NCBI GenBank assembly: GCA_050262635.1
Contig: JBLNEK010000005.1
Location: 35,135-67,134, forward strand
Source: Candidatus Sericytochromatia bacterium
Lineage (GTDB): Bacteria; Actinomycetota; Actinomycetes; Mycobacteriales; Mycobacteriaceae
Direction: 5' to 3'
DNA: 32,000 nucleotides
In this document: one piece after another, positions 17,896-25,181 of the stretch
Layout: the number at the start of each line of letters is the position of its first letter
Position numbering within the stretch: position 1 is the first letter of the stretch
Notes under the pieces: model-generated
Seen by the model: the letters and a program-made list of their open reading frames with translations, nothing else
Databases searched by the model: none
Told to the model about the DNA's origin: nothing
Made by a program: the position numbers and the translations under genes

Positions 17896-20526
17896 GTGCT
17901 CTCGAAGCTGCTGCGCCTTGGCGAGGGTCGTTTGGTCAAGCGGCTCAAGGCGGTGGCGAACAGTGTCAGCAGTCTGGCCGAGGACGTCGCACAACTGACC
18001 GACGCAGAATTGCGTGCGAAGACCGACGAGTTTCGCATGCGTCTTCTTGCCGGCAGGTCGCTCGACGACCTCGTGCCGGAGGCGTTCGCGGTGGCCCGAG
18101 AGGCGGCGTGGCGGGTGCTGGACCAGCGGCCGTACGACGTGCAGGTGATGGGCGGCGCGGCTCTGCATTTCGGCAACATCGCCGAGATGGGCACCGGCGA
18201 GGGCAAGACGTTGGCCTGCGTGCTGCCGGCGTATCTGAACGCGTTGAGCGGCAAAGGAGTTCACATCGTCACCGTCAACGACTATCTGGCCAGGCGCGAC
18301 GCGGAGTGGATGGGTCGCGTGCATCGCTTCCTTGGTCTGAGCGTCGGGGTGATCCTTGCGGAGATGAAACCCGACGAGCGACGGGTGGCCTACAACGCAG
18401 ACATCACCTACGGAACGAACACCGAACTGGGTTTCGACTATTTGCGCGACAACATGGCCCACCGGCTCGAGGACTTGGTGCAGCGGGGGCACCACTTCGC
18501 GATCGTCGACGAGGTGGACTCGATTCTGATCGACGAGGCGCGCACGCCGTTGATCATCTCCGGGCAGGCCGAGGAGGCCTCCGACTGGTATGTCGAGTTC
18601 GCTCGGCTGGCCGAAATGCTGGAGAACGACGTGCATTACGAGGTCGACATCCGCAAGCGCACGGTCGGGGTGGACGAAGCCGGGGTGGAACTCGTCGAGG
18701 ACCAGTTGGGCATCGACAGCCTCTATGAGGTGTCGAACTCGCCGCTGGTGAGTTTTCTCAACAACGCAGTCAAGGCCAAGGAGTTGTTCGACTGCGACAA
18801 GGACTACATCGTGCGCGACGGTGAGGTCCTCATCGTCGACGAGTACACCGGCCGGGTTCTGGTGGGGCGGCGCTACAACGAGGGGCTGCATCAGGCGATC
18901 GAGGCCAAGGAGGGCGTGGAGGTCAAGCCGGAGAACCAGACGCTGGCGACGATCACGCTGCAGAACTATTTCCGGCTCTACGACAAGCTCGCCGGGATGA
19001 CGGGCACCGCGCAGACCGAGGCCGCGGAGTTCCGGGACATCTACCGCTTGGGCGTGGTGGCGATCCCGCCGAACAAGCCGACGATCCGCAATGACGAGCC
19101 CGACATCGTCTACAAGACAGAGAAGGCCAAGTTCGACGCGGTGGTCGAGGAGGTGGCCAACCGTTATGCGACGGCCCAGCCAGTGCTGATCGGGACCACC
19201 AGCGTGGGCAAGTCGGAGTACCTTTCGGGTGAGTTCGTCAAGCGCGACATTCCGCATTCGGTCTTGAATGCCAAGCACCTGGAGGCGGAGGCGGCGATCG
19301 TTGCCGAGGCGGGTCGGCGAGGCGCAGTCACGGTGGCCACCGACATGGCCGGCAGGGGAACTGACATTGTGCTGGGCGGCAACATCGACTTCTTGACCGA
19401 CAAGCATTTGCGGACAAGGGGTTTGGACCCGATGCAGACCCCCGACGAGTATGAGGCAGCGTGGCGTGACGAGCGCTCTGCGGTAAAGGACGAGGCTGGC
19501 GTGGAGGCCAAAGCGGTTGTGGCGCTGGGCGGTCTGTACGTGCTGAGTACCGAGCGGCACGAGTCGCGGCGTATCGACAACCAGTTAAGGGGCCGGTCGG
19601 GGCGGCAGGGAGATCCGGGGGAGACGCGGTTCTATCTGTCGCTTGGGGATGAGCTGATGCGCCGCTACAACGGCGAGGCGGTGCAGAAGATCCTGACGAA
19701 GCTGAAGGTACCCGATGATCTGCCGATCGAGTCGAAGATCGTCAGCCGCGAAATCGCCACGGCGCAAACGCAAGTTGAGCAGGTCAACTTCGAGGTGCGC
19801 AAACATGTGCTCAAGTATGACGAGGTGATGAACCAACAGCGCAAGGTGATCTATGCGGCGCGCCAGCGGATTCTGCGGGGCGACGATCTCGGCAAGCAGG
19901 TGCACACGATGCTCGTCGACGTGATTACCGGCTACGTCGATGCAGCTACTGCATCGCCCGATGTGACGGAATGGGACGTCGACTCTTTGTGGACGGCGTT
20001 GAATGCGCTATATCCGGTTGGGGTGAAAGATCATCGGTGGAAGCGGCGACGAGCGAGGACGGCTGCGGTGATGCGCAAGGTGTTGACGCACGCCTTGATC
20101 AAGGATGCCGAGCGGGCATTCGCTAGGCGGGAGAAGGAGTTCGAGCAGCTGGCCGGCGCGGGGGCGATGCGGCAGCTGGAACGCGAGGTGCTGCTGGATG
20201 TGATCGACCGCAAGTGGCGTGAGCATTTGTATGCGATGGACTACCTGAAGGAAGGCATTGGGCTACGCGCGTTGGCGCAGCGCGACCCATTGGTCGAATT
20301 CCAGCGTGAGGGCTACGACATGTATGTCGCCATGATCGAGGCCATCAAGGAGGAGAGTCTTGTCGCGCTGTTCCAGGCCGCTCTGAAGAAAGACCCCGCA
20401 CCCGAGCCGGTTGGTGTGGTGGCGCCGCTGCGGCTGGCTGAATTCACTAGGGGCGCAACACAAGACGCGGACCCTTCGGCGCTCGGCGGCGAGGGAGAAG
20501 GACGGCATGCAGCAAGCCGTGGATGA
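17896..20526 (+). CDS. secA: SecA preprotein translocase ATPase, SecA1-type architecture, divergent
   Basis: GTG start 7 nt after [25 protein letters not shown]..., Walker [68 protein letters not shown], and [23 protein letters not shown]. 876 aa. Confidence 0.95.
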   Translation: MLSKLLRLGEGRLVKRLKAVANSVSSLAEDVAQLTDAELRAKTDEFRMRLLAGRSLDDLVPEAFAVAREAAWRVLDQRPYDVQVMGGAALHFGNIAEMGTGEGKTLACVLPAYLNALSGKGVHIVTVNDYLARRDAEWMGRVHRFLGLSVGVILAEMKPDERRVAYNADITYGTNTELGFDYLRDNMAHRLEDLVQRGHHFAIVDEVDSILIDEARTPLIISGQAEEASDWYVEFARLAEMLENDVHYEVDIRKRTVGVDEAGVELVEDQLGIDSLYEVSNSPLVSFLNNAVKAKELFDCDKDYIVRDGEVLIVDEYTGRVLVGRRYNEGLHQAIEAKEGVEVKPENQTLATITLQNYFRLYDKLAGMTGTAQTEAAEFRDIYRLGVVAIPPNKPTIRNDEPDIVYKTEKAKFDAVVEEVANRYATAQPVLIGTTSVGKSEYLSGEFVKRDIPHSVLNAKHLEAEAAIVAEAGRRGAVTVATDMAGRGTDIVLGGNIDFLTDKHLRTRGLDPMQTPDEYEAAWRDERSAVKDEAGVEAKAVVALGGLYVLSTERHESRRIDNQLRGRSGRQGDPGETRFYLSLGDELMRRYNGEAVQKILTKLKVPDDLPIESKIVSREIATAQTQVEQVNFEVRKHVLKYDEVMNQQRKVIYAARQRILRGDDLGKQVHTMLVDVITGYVDAATASPDVTEWDVDSLWTALNALYPVGVKDHRWKRRRARTAAVMRKVLTHALIKDAERAFARREKEFEQLAGAGAMRQLEREVLLDVIDRKWREHLYAMDYLKEGIGLRALAQRDPLVEFQREGYDMYVAMIEAIKEESLVALFQAALKKDPAPEPVGVVAPLRLAEFTRGATQDADPSALGGEGEGRHAASRG

Positions 20527-20527
20527 A
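20441..20527 (+). repeat. Copy 1 of a diverged direct repeat (secA 3' end including its stop codon)
   Basis: aattcactaggggcgcaacacaagacgcggacccttcggcgctcggcggcgagggagaaggacggcatgcagcaagccgtggatgaa. Roughly four-fifths identical by eye to 21298-21382. Confidence 0.75.
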
Positions 20528-20536
20528 CTTCTAGGG

Positions 20537-20950
20537 TCAGACGCCAACGACGGTCAGAAGATGTTCGATGCCTCGGAAGTCGTCGATGTTGCGGGTGTAG
20601 AGGGGCAGGTTTTTGGCTAGGGCGGTGGAGGCGATCAGCAGATCGACCGCCCGGGGGCCGCGCGCCTTGCGTCCTGTTGCGACGATTGCCGCATACATGC
20701 GTCCGTAGGCTCGGGCAGAGTCACCATCGAAGGGCAAGGGGTCGAAGGTGGCCTCGGCGCGCTGCAGCCTATCTTGGCGCCGCGCTCGCTCGGCGGTGTC
20801 GCGCGTGGCGTGAGGGCCCGCTGCGAGTTCGGCCATGGTGAGGGCGCTGATCGCCAGTTCGCCCGGGAGCTGCCCCATGTCAATGTGGTCCAGGTCGATC
20901 AGGACCGAGGTGTCGATGAGTCCTTGCGACCGACTCGGAACATCAGCCAT
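20537..20950 (-). CDS. vapC: PIN-domain ribonuclease toxin VapC
   Basis: MADVPSRSQGLIDTSVLIDL... (PIN N-terminal acidic motif), ...DLLIASTALAKNLPLYTRNIDDF. The ATG at 20950 overlaps the antitoxin stop (ATGGCTGA). Confidence 0.85.
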   Translation of the reverse strand: MADVPSRSQGLIDTSVLIDLDHIDMGQLPGELAISALTMAELAAGPHATRDTAERARRQDRLQRAEATFDPLPFDGDSARAYGRMYAAIVATGRKARGPRAVDLLIASTALAKNLPLYTRNIDDFRGIEHLLTVVGV

Positions 20951-21197
20951 GAGGCGTGATGCCTTGGCTCGCAACCCGATCGAGGTCAGCTCGCAGCCGG
21001 TCGAAATCTATGCGGGGAGCTCCTTTGAACGCCGCTTGCACGGCCTTGGCATTGACGAACCGCTGCCGACGCAGTGGCGAAAGCTCGCCGACAGGAACAC
21101 CATTCCTGGTCACAACAAAGGATTCACCCTGGTCGAGCTGGCGCATGATTTCGCCGCTGTTATTGCGTAGCTCACGTTGGGTGATCTCTCTGGTCAC
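20943..21197 (-). CDS. vapB: Phd/YefM-type antitoxin partnered with VapC
   Basis: MTREITQRELRNNSGEIMRQLDQGESFVVTRNGVPVGEL is the typical Phd/YefM N-terminal fold sequence. GTG start at 21197. Directly upstream of the PIN gene and overlapping it. Confidence 0.85.
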   Translation of the reverse strand: MTREITQRELRNNSGEIMRQLDQGESFVVTRNGVPVGELSPLRRQRFVNAKAVQAAFKGAPRIDFDRLRADLDRVASQGITPHG

Positions 21198-21222
21198 ATG
21201 GTGATTGTAGCACGCGTGCTAC
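21198..21222 (-). promoter_or_regulatory. Putative leaderless promoter (-10 TACAAT) overlapped by a perfect 16-bp palindrome operator
   Basis: Minus strand: GTAGCACGCGTGCTACAATcaccatGTG. The palindrome GTAGCACG/CGTGCTAC is at 21207-21222, TACAAT at 21204-21209, and 6 nt separate the -10 from the GTG start codon. Confidence 0.55.
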
Positions 21223-21297
21223 GGCGGTGGGACTTGGCATGCGGGCCGCAGCCGGTCGGCGCTCCCGACTGGCATGCGATCGAAGCGGGGAGGTGTG

Positions 21298-21382
21298 AAG
21301 TTCACAGTGGCGCGGCGCAAGACGCGGACCTTTCGGCGGTCGGCGGTGGGGGGACGGACGGCATATGGCGAGCCCTGATGAA
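21298..21382 (+). repeat. Copy 2 of the diverged secA 3'-end repeat
   Basis: aagttcacagtggcgcggcgcaagacgcggacctttcggcggtcggcggtggggggacggacggcatatggcgagccctgatgaa. In the matching frame it reads ...EVHSGAAQDADLSAVGGGGTDG..., against the SecA tail ...[22 protein letters not shown].... Confidence 0.75.
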
Positions 21383-21418
21383 ATCGATACAGCGCCGCCG
21401 GCTCGATGCCTGACGTCG

Positions 21419-21805
21419 CTACGCGGGCATTGAGAACGGTGGTTGCAGATCTTCGAACATCGGGAAGTGGCGGACGTTGAGAGTCGCCAAGTGAAGTCCT
21501 TTGACATCTGCGGTAGCTGCGACGAGATAGTCACCCAGTCCGATCCCGGAATGGATTTGCCGATATTGCCGCATCAGCTCGCCGGCCCGTCGAGCGATGA
21601 TCTCGGTAGCGGGTTCCACGCGAAACGATCCCAGCAACCCCCACACCTCGCGGCGCTCGGCTGATCGCATCCCGCCGACGAGCTCGGCGATCGAGACCAC
21701 GCTGATCGCCAGGGGCACCTGCTTCCGGGTGCTGAGAAGCCAGTCGCGGGCTGCGCCGATACCGCGCAGATGAGCGATCAGCACATCCGAATCGACAAGG
21801 ATCAC
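21419..21805 (-). CDS. vapC: PIN-domain ribonuclease toxin VapC (second module)
   Basis: VILVDSDVLIAHLRG... and ...DYLVAATADVKGLHLATLNVRHFPMF. I prefer GTG 21805, which overlaps the antitoxin stop (GTGA). GTG 21814 (ORF track) is the alternative. Confidence 0.85.
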   Translation of the reverse strand: MILVDSDVLIAHLRGIGAARDWLLSTRKQVPLAISVVSIAELVGGMRSAERREVWGLLGSFRVEPATEIIARRAGELMRQYRQIHSGIGLGDYLVAATADVKGLHLATLNVRHFPMFEDLQPPFSMPA

Positions 21806-22053
21806 GAGCGCCACATTCGGCCCAGGTGCTCCTCACGGGCACCCTCTCCGCGCACCGGAACATCGATGTCGTGCATCGCACCGAACGATTCGTCGATCGC
21901 CCGCAGGTCGGAAACGAGGCTGGCGTCCGCATCGGTCAGCACACGGTCCAACAGCTGGCGGATCAGCTCAGCACGGGAGACGCCCTGTTGTGCAGCCAGG
22001 CGGTCGAGGGCCGCTGTCTGTTCCTCGTCGAGGTAGATGTTGGTGCGGCGCAT
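21802..22053 (-). CDS. vapB: Ribbon-helix-helix (CopG-like) antitoxin VapB
   Basis: MRRTNIYLDEEQTAALDRLAAQQGVSRAELIRQLLDRVL is the classic RHH pattern. I prefer ATG 22053 over 22065 because of the -10 spacing. Confidence 0.8.
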   Translation of the reverse strand: MRRTNIYLDEEQTAALDRLAAQQGVSRAELIRQLLDRVLTDADASLVSDLRAIDESFGAMHDIDVPVRGEGAREEHLGRMWRS

Positions 22054-22071
22054 ACACCACATCATACACCA
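22051..22071 (-). promoter_or_regulatory. Putative leaderless promoter (-10 TATGAT) within a 9-bp direct repeat pair (candidate RHH operator)
   Basis: Plus-strand CATACACCA occurs at 22051-22059 and 22063-22071 (12-bp period). Minus strand reads TGGTGTATGATGTGGTGTATGcgc. TATGAT (22061-22066) lies 7 nt from the ATG at 22053. Confidence 0.5.
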
Positions 22072-22197
22072 GCTGGTGGCCCAGAAAGGGACCTTGCGCT
22101 ACGCCAGCGAACGCAGAGTCGCGCGTAACCATTTGCTCACGCCATCGGGGGCTATTCCTTAGTCATCGATGTTTGCTGGATGAGTACAGCAACCTAC

Positions 22198-23271
22198 TCA
22201 CGCCGTCGGCCGCCAGAAACCCTGAAAACCCTGGTTCAAGTTCGTCGTCCGGATCGGCGACAACTGCACAGGATCGCCGGCCTCGATCATCAGCCCGTTG
22301 CCGACGACCATCGCGACGTGACCGTCCCACACCGCAAGATCCCCCGGCAGCAGCGCGTTCGGCGACACCGCCACACCGACGTCTTGTTCTTGGGCCAGCC
22401 GCGGAAGGTCAAGTCCCGCTTCGTGATACGCCCACTGCGTCAGTCCGCTGCAGTCCAAGCCCACACCGGGTGTAGTGCCGCCCCAGTCGTAGGGCACGCC
22501 GAGCTGTGTCAGCGCGCGGCGCACCGCGTCGGCGGCCACCTTGTTGGGAGCGTTCACTGTGGTGCCGTCGGGCAGACGGACCGTGACCCCGCCACCGAGC
22601 GCGTCGGAGTCCAGCATCGGCGCCTCAGCGAGATCTCCCAGGCTCGCCGGCACCGCCGATGTCAGACCTGACATCAGCGCGGCAGGCGTCGCCGCAACAC
22701 TGCCTGCGCCCGGCAGCATCGACGACGACATCCCCGCCGGTGAGGTGACCGGTGGTTGCATGGCGGGCGTTGCGGCAGCGCCGGACTCCGCGACCGCCGC
22801 CGCGTGCCCGTCGAGTTCGGCTTCCAACTCTGCGACCACGCCCGCCGCGTCGGCCAGTGCCCGCCGCGTCGCCTCGGCCAATGCCGGGGCGCTTCTGGGC
22901 AGATCCTCTTCGAGCGTCTGGGCGGTGGCTTCGAAGTCGTCGACGATGCGCTGCAGCTGGGCCTTCGTGCGCGCGACTGCATCGGATGCGGCGTCGACAC
23001 GGCTCGCCATCCCCGACGCATGCGTGGCCAAGTCGGCCGCGCCGGTGAGCGCTGCCGAGATCGTGCGTCCCGCAGCGTTTGCCGCCATCCCCGACCACTG
23101 CGCACCGATTTGTCCGAGTCCGGCGGTGCCGTCGGCCGTCAACTCGGCGACGGCTTGGCTCGCGGCGCGCAGCACCTGGGCGGGGTCGTCATCCGTGAAG
23201 ACACCGTCGCCCACAGCCGCTTGCAACTCGTGCAGCGGCGCGGCGAGCGCGGTTACCAGGGCGCTGGCCAA
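22198..23271 (-). CDS. NlpC/P60 (C40) peptidoglycan peptidase with long N-terminal helical, WXG-like domain and no signal peptide
   Basis: C-terminal C40 domain: ALTQLGVPYDWGGTTPGVGLDCSGLTQWAYHEAG (catalytic Cys) and LAVWDGHVAMVVG (His). The N-terminal ~160 aa are Ala-rich helical with W59-S-G61 (IGAQWSGMAANAA). An Ala/Pro/Ser linker follows. TTG start 3 nt after the upstream stop. Confidence 0.85.
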   Translation of the reverse strand: MASALVTALAAPLHELQAAVGDGVFTDDDPAQVLRAASQAVAELTADGTAGLGQIGAQWSGMAANAAGRTISAALTGAADLATHASGMASRVDAASDAVARTKAQLQRIVDDFEATAQTLEEDLPRSAPALAEATRRALADAAGVVAELEAELDGHAAAVAESGAAATPAMQPPVTSPAGMSSSMLPGAGSVAATPAALMSGLTSAVPASLGDLAEAPMLDSDALGGGVTVRLPDGTTVNAPNKVAADAVRRALTQLGVPYDWGGTTPGVGLDCSGLTQWAYHEAGLDLPRLAQEQDVGVAVSPNALLPGDLAVWDGHVAMVVGNGLMIEAGDPVQLSPIRTTNLNQGFQGFWRPTA

Positions 23272-23274
23272 TGA

Positions 23275-23577
23275 CTAGGCCCCGACGTGCGCGATGTGCG
23301 TCTGAGAGCACCGTTCCGTGTCGTCGAAGTCGGCGGCCGCCGCCGTGGTCGCGCTGCCGGCGGCCATGACGTCGTCGCCAATCTGGTTAAGCCTCTTCGA
23401 CAGCGCATCGGCTGCGTAGGCGACTGTCTGGGCGAACCGGGAACCGATGGGTCCGAACGCGGCGGTGACGGTCGCGGCGGCCACCGAGCGCAACGGTGCG
23501 ACAGCTGCGTGGAGGTCGGCGCCGAGATCGGAGGTGGCGGTGCCGTAGTCGCGGATCGCGTCGGTGTCAGCGTGCAT
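23275..23577 (-). CDS. Small helical protein, EspC-like / type VII secretion target family-like
   Basis: 100 aa: MHADTDAIRDYGTATSDLGADLHAAVAPL...FGPIGSRFAQTVAYAADALSKRLNQIGDDVMAAGSATTAAAADFDDTE. The length and the pattern of conserved Ala, Gly and acidic residues resemble the ESX secretion-associated EspC family (by eye). Confidence 0.6.
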   Translation of the reverse strand: MHADTDAIRDYGTATSDLGADLHAAVAPLRSVAAATVTAAFGPIGSRFAQTVAYAADALSKRLNQIGDDVMAAGSATTAAAADFDDTERCSQTHIAHVGA

Positions 23578-23616
23578 GACACGTTAGACCGGCGGCGCCG
23601 GCTGGCGGTTCCGTCG

Positions 23617-24264
23617 TCAATCCAGAAGGGAGCCGACGCCCTCGGCGACCAGCAAGACCCCGAGCAGGCCGAGAACGGCGGTCATGACGGTCCGGTAGTG
23701 GTCGAGAAGCCACTGCTTGATGCGATCGAGTGTCGCGGTCGCGTGCTGGCCGCCTGACATTAGGAACGCCACCACCGCGATGAACGGCGCTGTGGCGAGC
23801 ACCGTGAACACCGCCAAGGTTGCCAGCAGAGCGGGCGCCGACACGTGAATTGACGCGGCTTGCGAACCCACCGACAGCAGCACCACCGCGTTGATCGGGT
23901 TCAACCACACGACCGTCAAGGACAGCGCGAACACCGCGCCCGCCCCCATGCCGGCGATCTTGTCCAACACCGCCGGCGGGGTCTCCAGGTTCCTGTTGAC
24001 CGAGCTTCCAATGGCCAAGGCGCCCAGCAGGACTCCGAGGGCGATGAGCAACCATCCGGTGACTGCACTGGGACTTGTGGCGTGTGTGTTATCGGCCCAG
24101 GATCGCAGCATCGTGGCGCCCAGGAGCGGCAGCGCGAACACCGACACGGTGACCGAACCGAGGAACACGAGCGCGTTGACCCGGGCGCGTGCGGACAGCA
24201 GGACCAGGATCATCTCGATCAGGCCTGTGGGGCTAAGGGCGATCGCGATCGCGGCCGGCAACAT
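23617..24264 (-). CDS. GAP-family (Sap-like, PF11139-type) polytopic membrane protein
   Basis: 215 aa with ~6 TM segments. The N-terminal AIAIALSPTGLIEMILVLLSARARVNALVFLGS matches the characteristic ALSPxxIIxxILxLxxxRxxxN start of this family as I recall it. Confidence 0.6.
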   Translation of the reverse strand: MLPAAIAIALSPTGLIEMILVLLSARARVNALVFLGSVTVSVFALPLLGATMLRSWADNTHATSPSAVTGWLLIALGVLLGALAIGSSVNRNLETPPAVLDKIAGMGAGAVFALSLTVVWLNPINAVVLLSVGSQAASIHVSAPALLATLAVFTVLATAPFIAVVAFLMSGGQHATATLDRIKQWLLDHYRTVMTAVLGLLGVLLVAEGVGSLLD

Positions 24265-24289
24265 CGTCGCCCACAGCTGGGCGGCAGAG

Positions 24290-25108
24290 TCACCGATGGG
24301 TGTCAGTCCTTGAAAGTCGTTGCCGGCGAATCACTATCGCGGCGACGGCTGCCACGTAGATCACCATGCAAGCGATCACGGTCGCGATCACTTGGGGATA
24401 CTTGCTGTCCCAGCCGCCGGCCGACGTGTGCTTGATGAGGATGCCCGTATAGGCCCACAGCAGCACGAGGCCGTAGGCGATGTCGCGGTTGCGCAGAACC
24501 GTAGCGGTTCCAATGGCCGCCGCGACGAGCACCATGATGACCGCCCAGGCCGAGTCGGCCAGGCCGAAGCCGTCCCAGTTGACGCTGACCAGAAACACCG
24601 TGACGTTCGCGACCGTCGCCACGGTGGTCCAGCCGAAATAGACGCTGAACGGCACCCCGATGAACAGTTTCTCCCGCGGAGTCAGCTCGGCAGCCGCCAG
24701 CGTCATCGCGATGACGGCCAGGCACGCCAGAATCACGATGATCAGCACCACCGAAAGAGCGATCACGTCGTAGTGCCAGGCGAACACCCAGGCCGTGTTC
24801 GCCAGTGACGAGATCGAGAAGTACAGGCCGACCTTGTTCAGCAGACCCGACCGATCGCCGGAGGCTTGGCGGGCCCGGAACAGCCCCAGCTGATACAGCA
24901 CGTGCAGGCCGAGCAGCAGGTAGATGAGGCTCCAGATGGAGAAGGTGATCCCGGCCGGCGCGAACAGGTTCGGATAGGCGTTCGACACGTCACCGGTGCG
25001 TCTTCCGTTGATAGGCAGCGTGTTCGCCAGGGCATTGACCGTCACCATCAACAGGTACGTGACTGCGGCCAATGCGGCGATAAGGCGCCTCGCCGTCGTC
25101 GCTTCCAT
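24290..25108 (-). CDS. TspO/MBR-related tryptophan-rich membrane protein (long form)
   Basis: 272 aa, multi-TM. NTLPINGRRTGDVSNAYPNLFAPAGITFSIWSLIYLLLG and the Trp-rich segments (NTAWVFAWHYD, YFGWTTVATVAN) resemble the TspO-like family. Assignment by eye. Confidence 0.5.
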   Translation of the reverse strand: MEATTARRLIAALAAVTYLLMVTVNALANTLPINGRRTGDVSNAYPNLFAPAGITFSIWSLIYLLLGLHVLYQLGLFRARQASGDRSGLLNKVGLYFSISSLANTAWVFAWHYDVIALSVVLIIVILACLAVIAMTLAAAELTPREKLFIGVPFSVYFGWTTVATVANVTVFLVSVNWDGFGLADSAWAVIMVLVAAAIGTATVLRNRDIAYGLVLLWAYTGILIKHTSAGGWDSKYPQVIATVIACMVIYVAAVAAIVIRRQRLSRTDTHR

Positions 25109-25181
25109 TCAGTCCTCCCTGTTCGAGTGCCGAGCACTGCCGTCGTGCGCGCTTCCCATGCGGTCCGAGGAGCGCGAAAAT

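Noticed and set aside
20030-20090. Possible compensated double frameshift inside secA behind the Arg-rich segment [17 protein letters not shown].
   Set aside because: I translated the other two frames. One has a stop ([13 protein letters not shown]). The other ([23 protein letters not shown]) does not align convincingly with the acidic SecA1 segment I recall. No frameshift can be demonstrated by eye, so it is treated as divergence within finding 1.
9486-24264. Idea that the Chp-like hydrolases plus the Sap-like GAP-family protein form a sulfolipid-type glycolipid assembly locus, like chp1-sap-mmpL8.
   Set aside because: The components are 8-12 kb apart, on different transcription units, and no pks, papA, stf or mmpL gene is present. 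The resemblance is limited to shared protein families.
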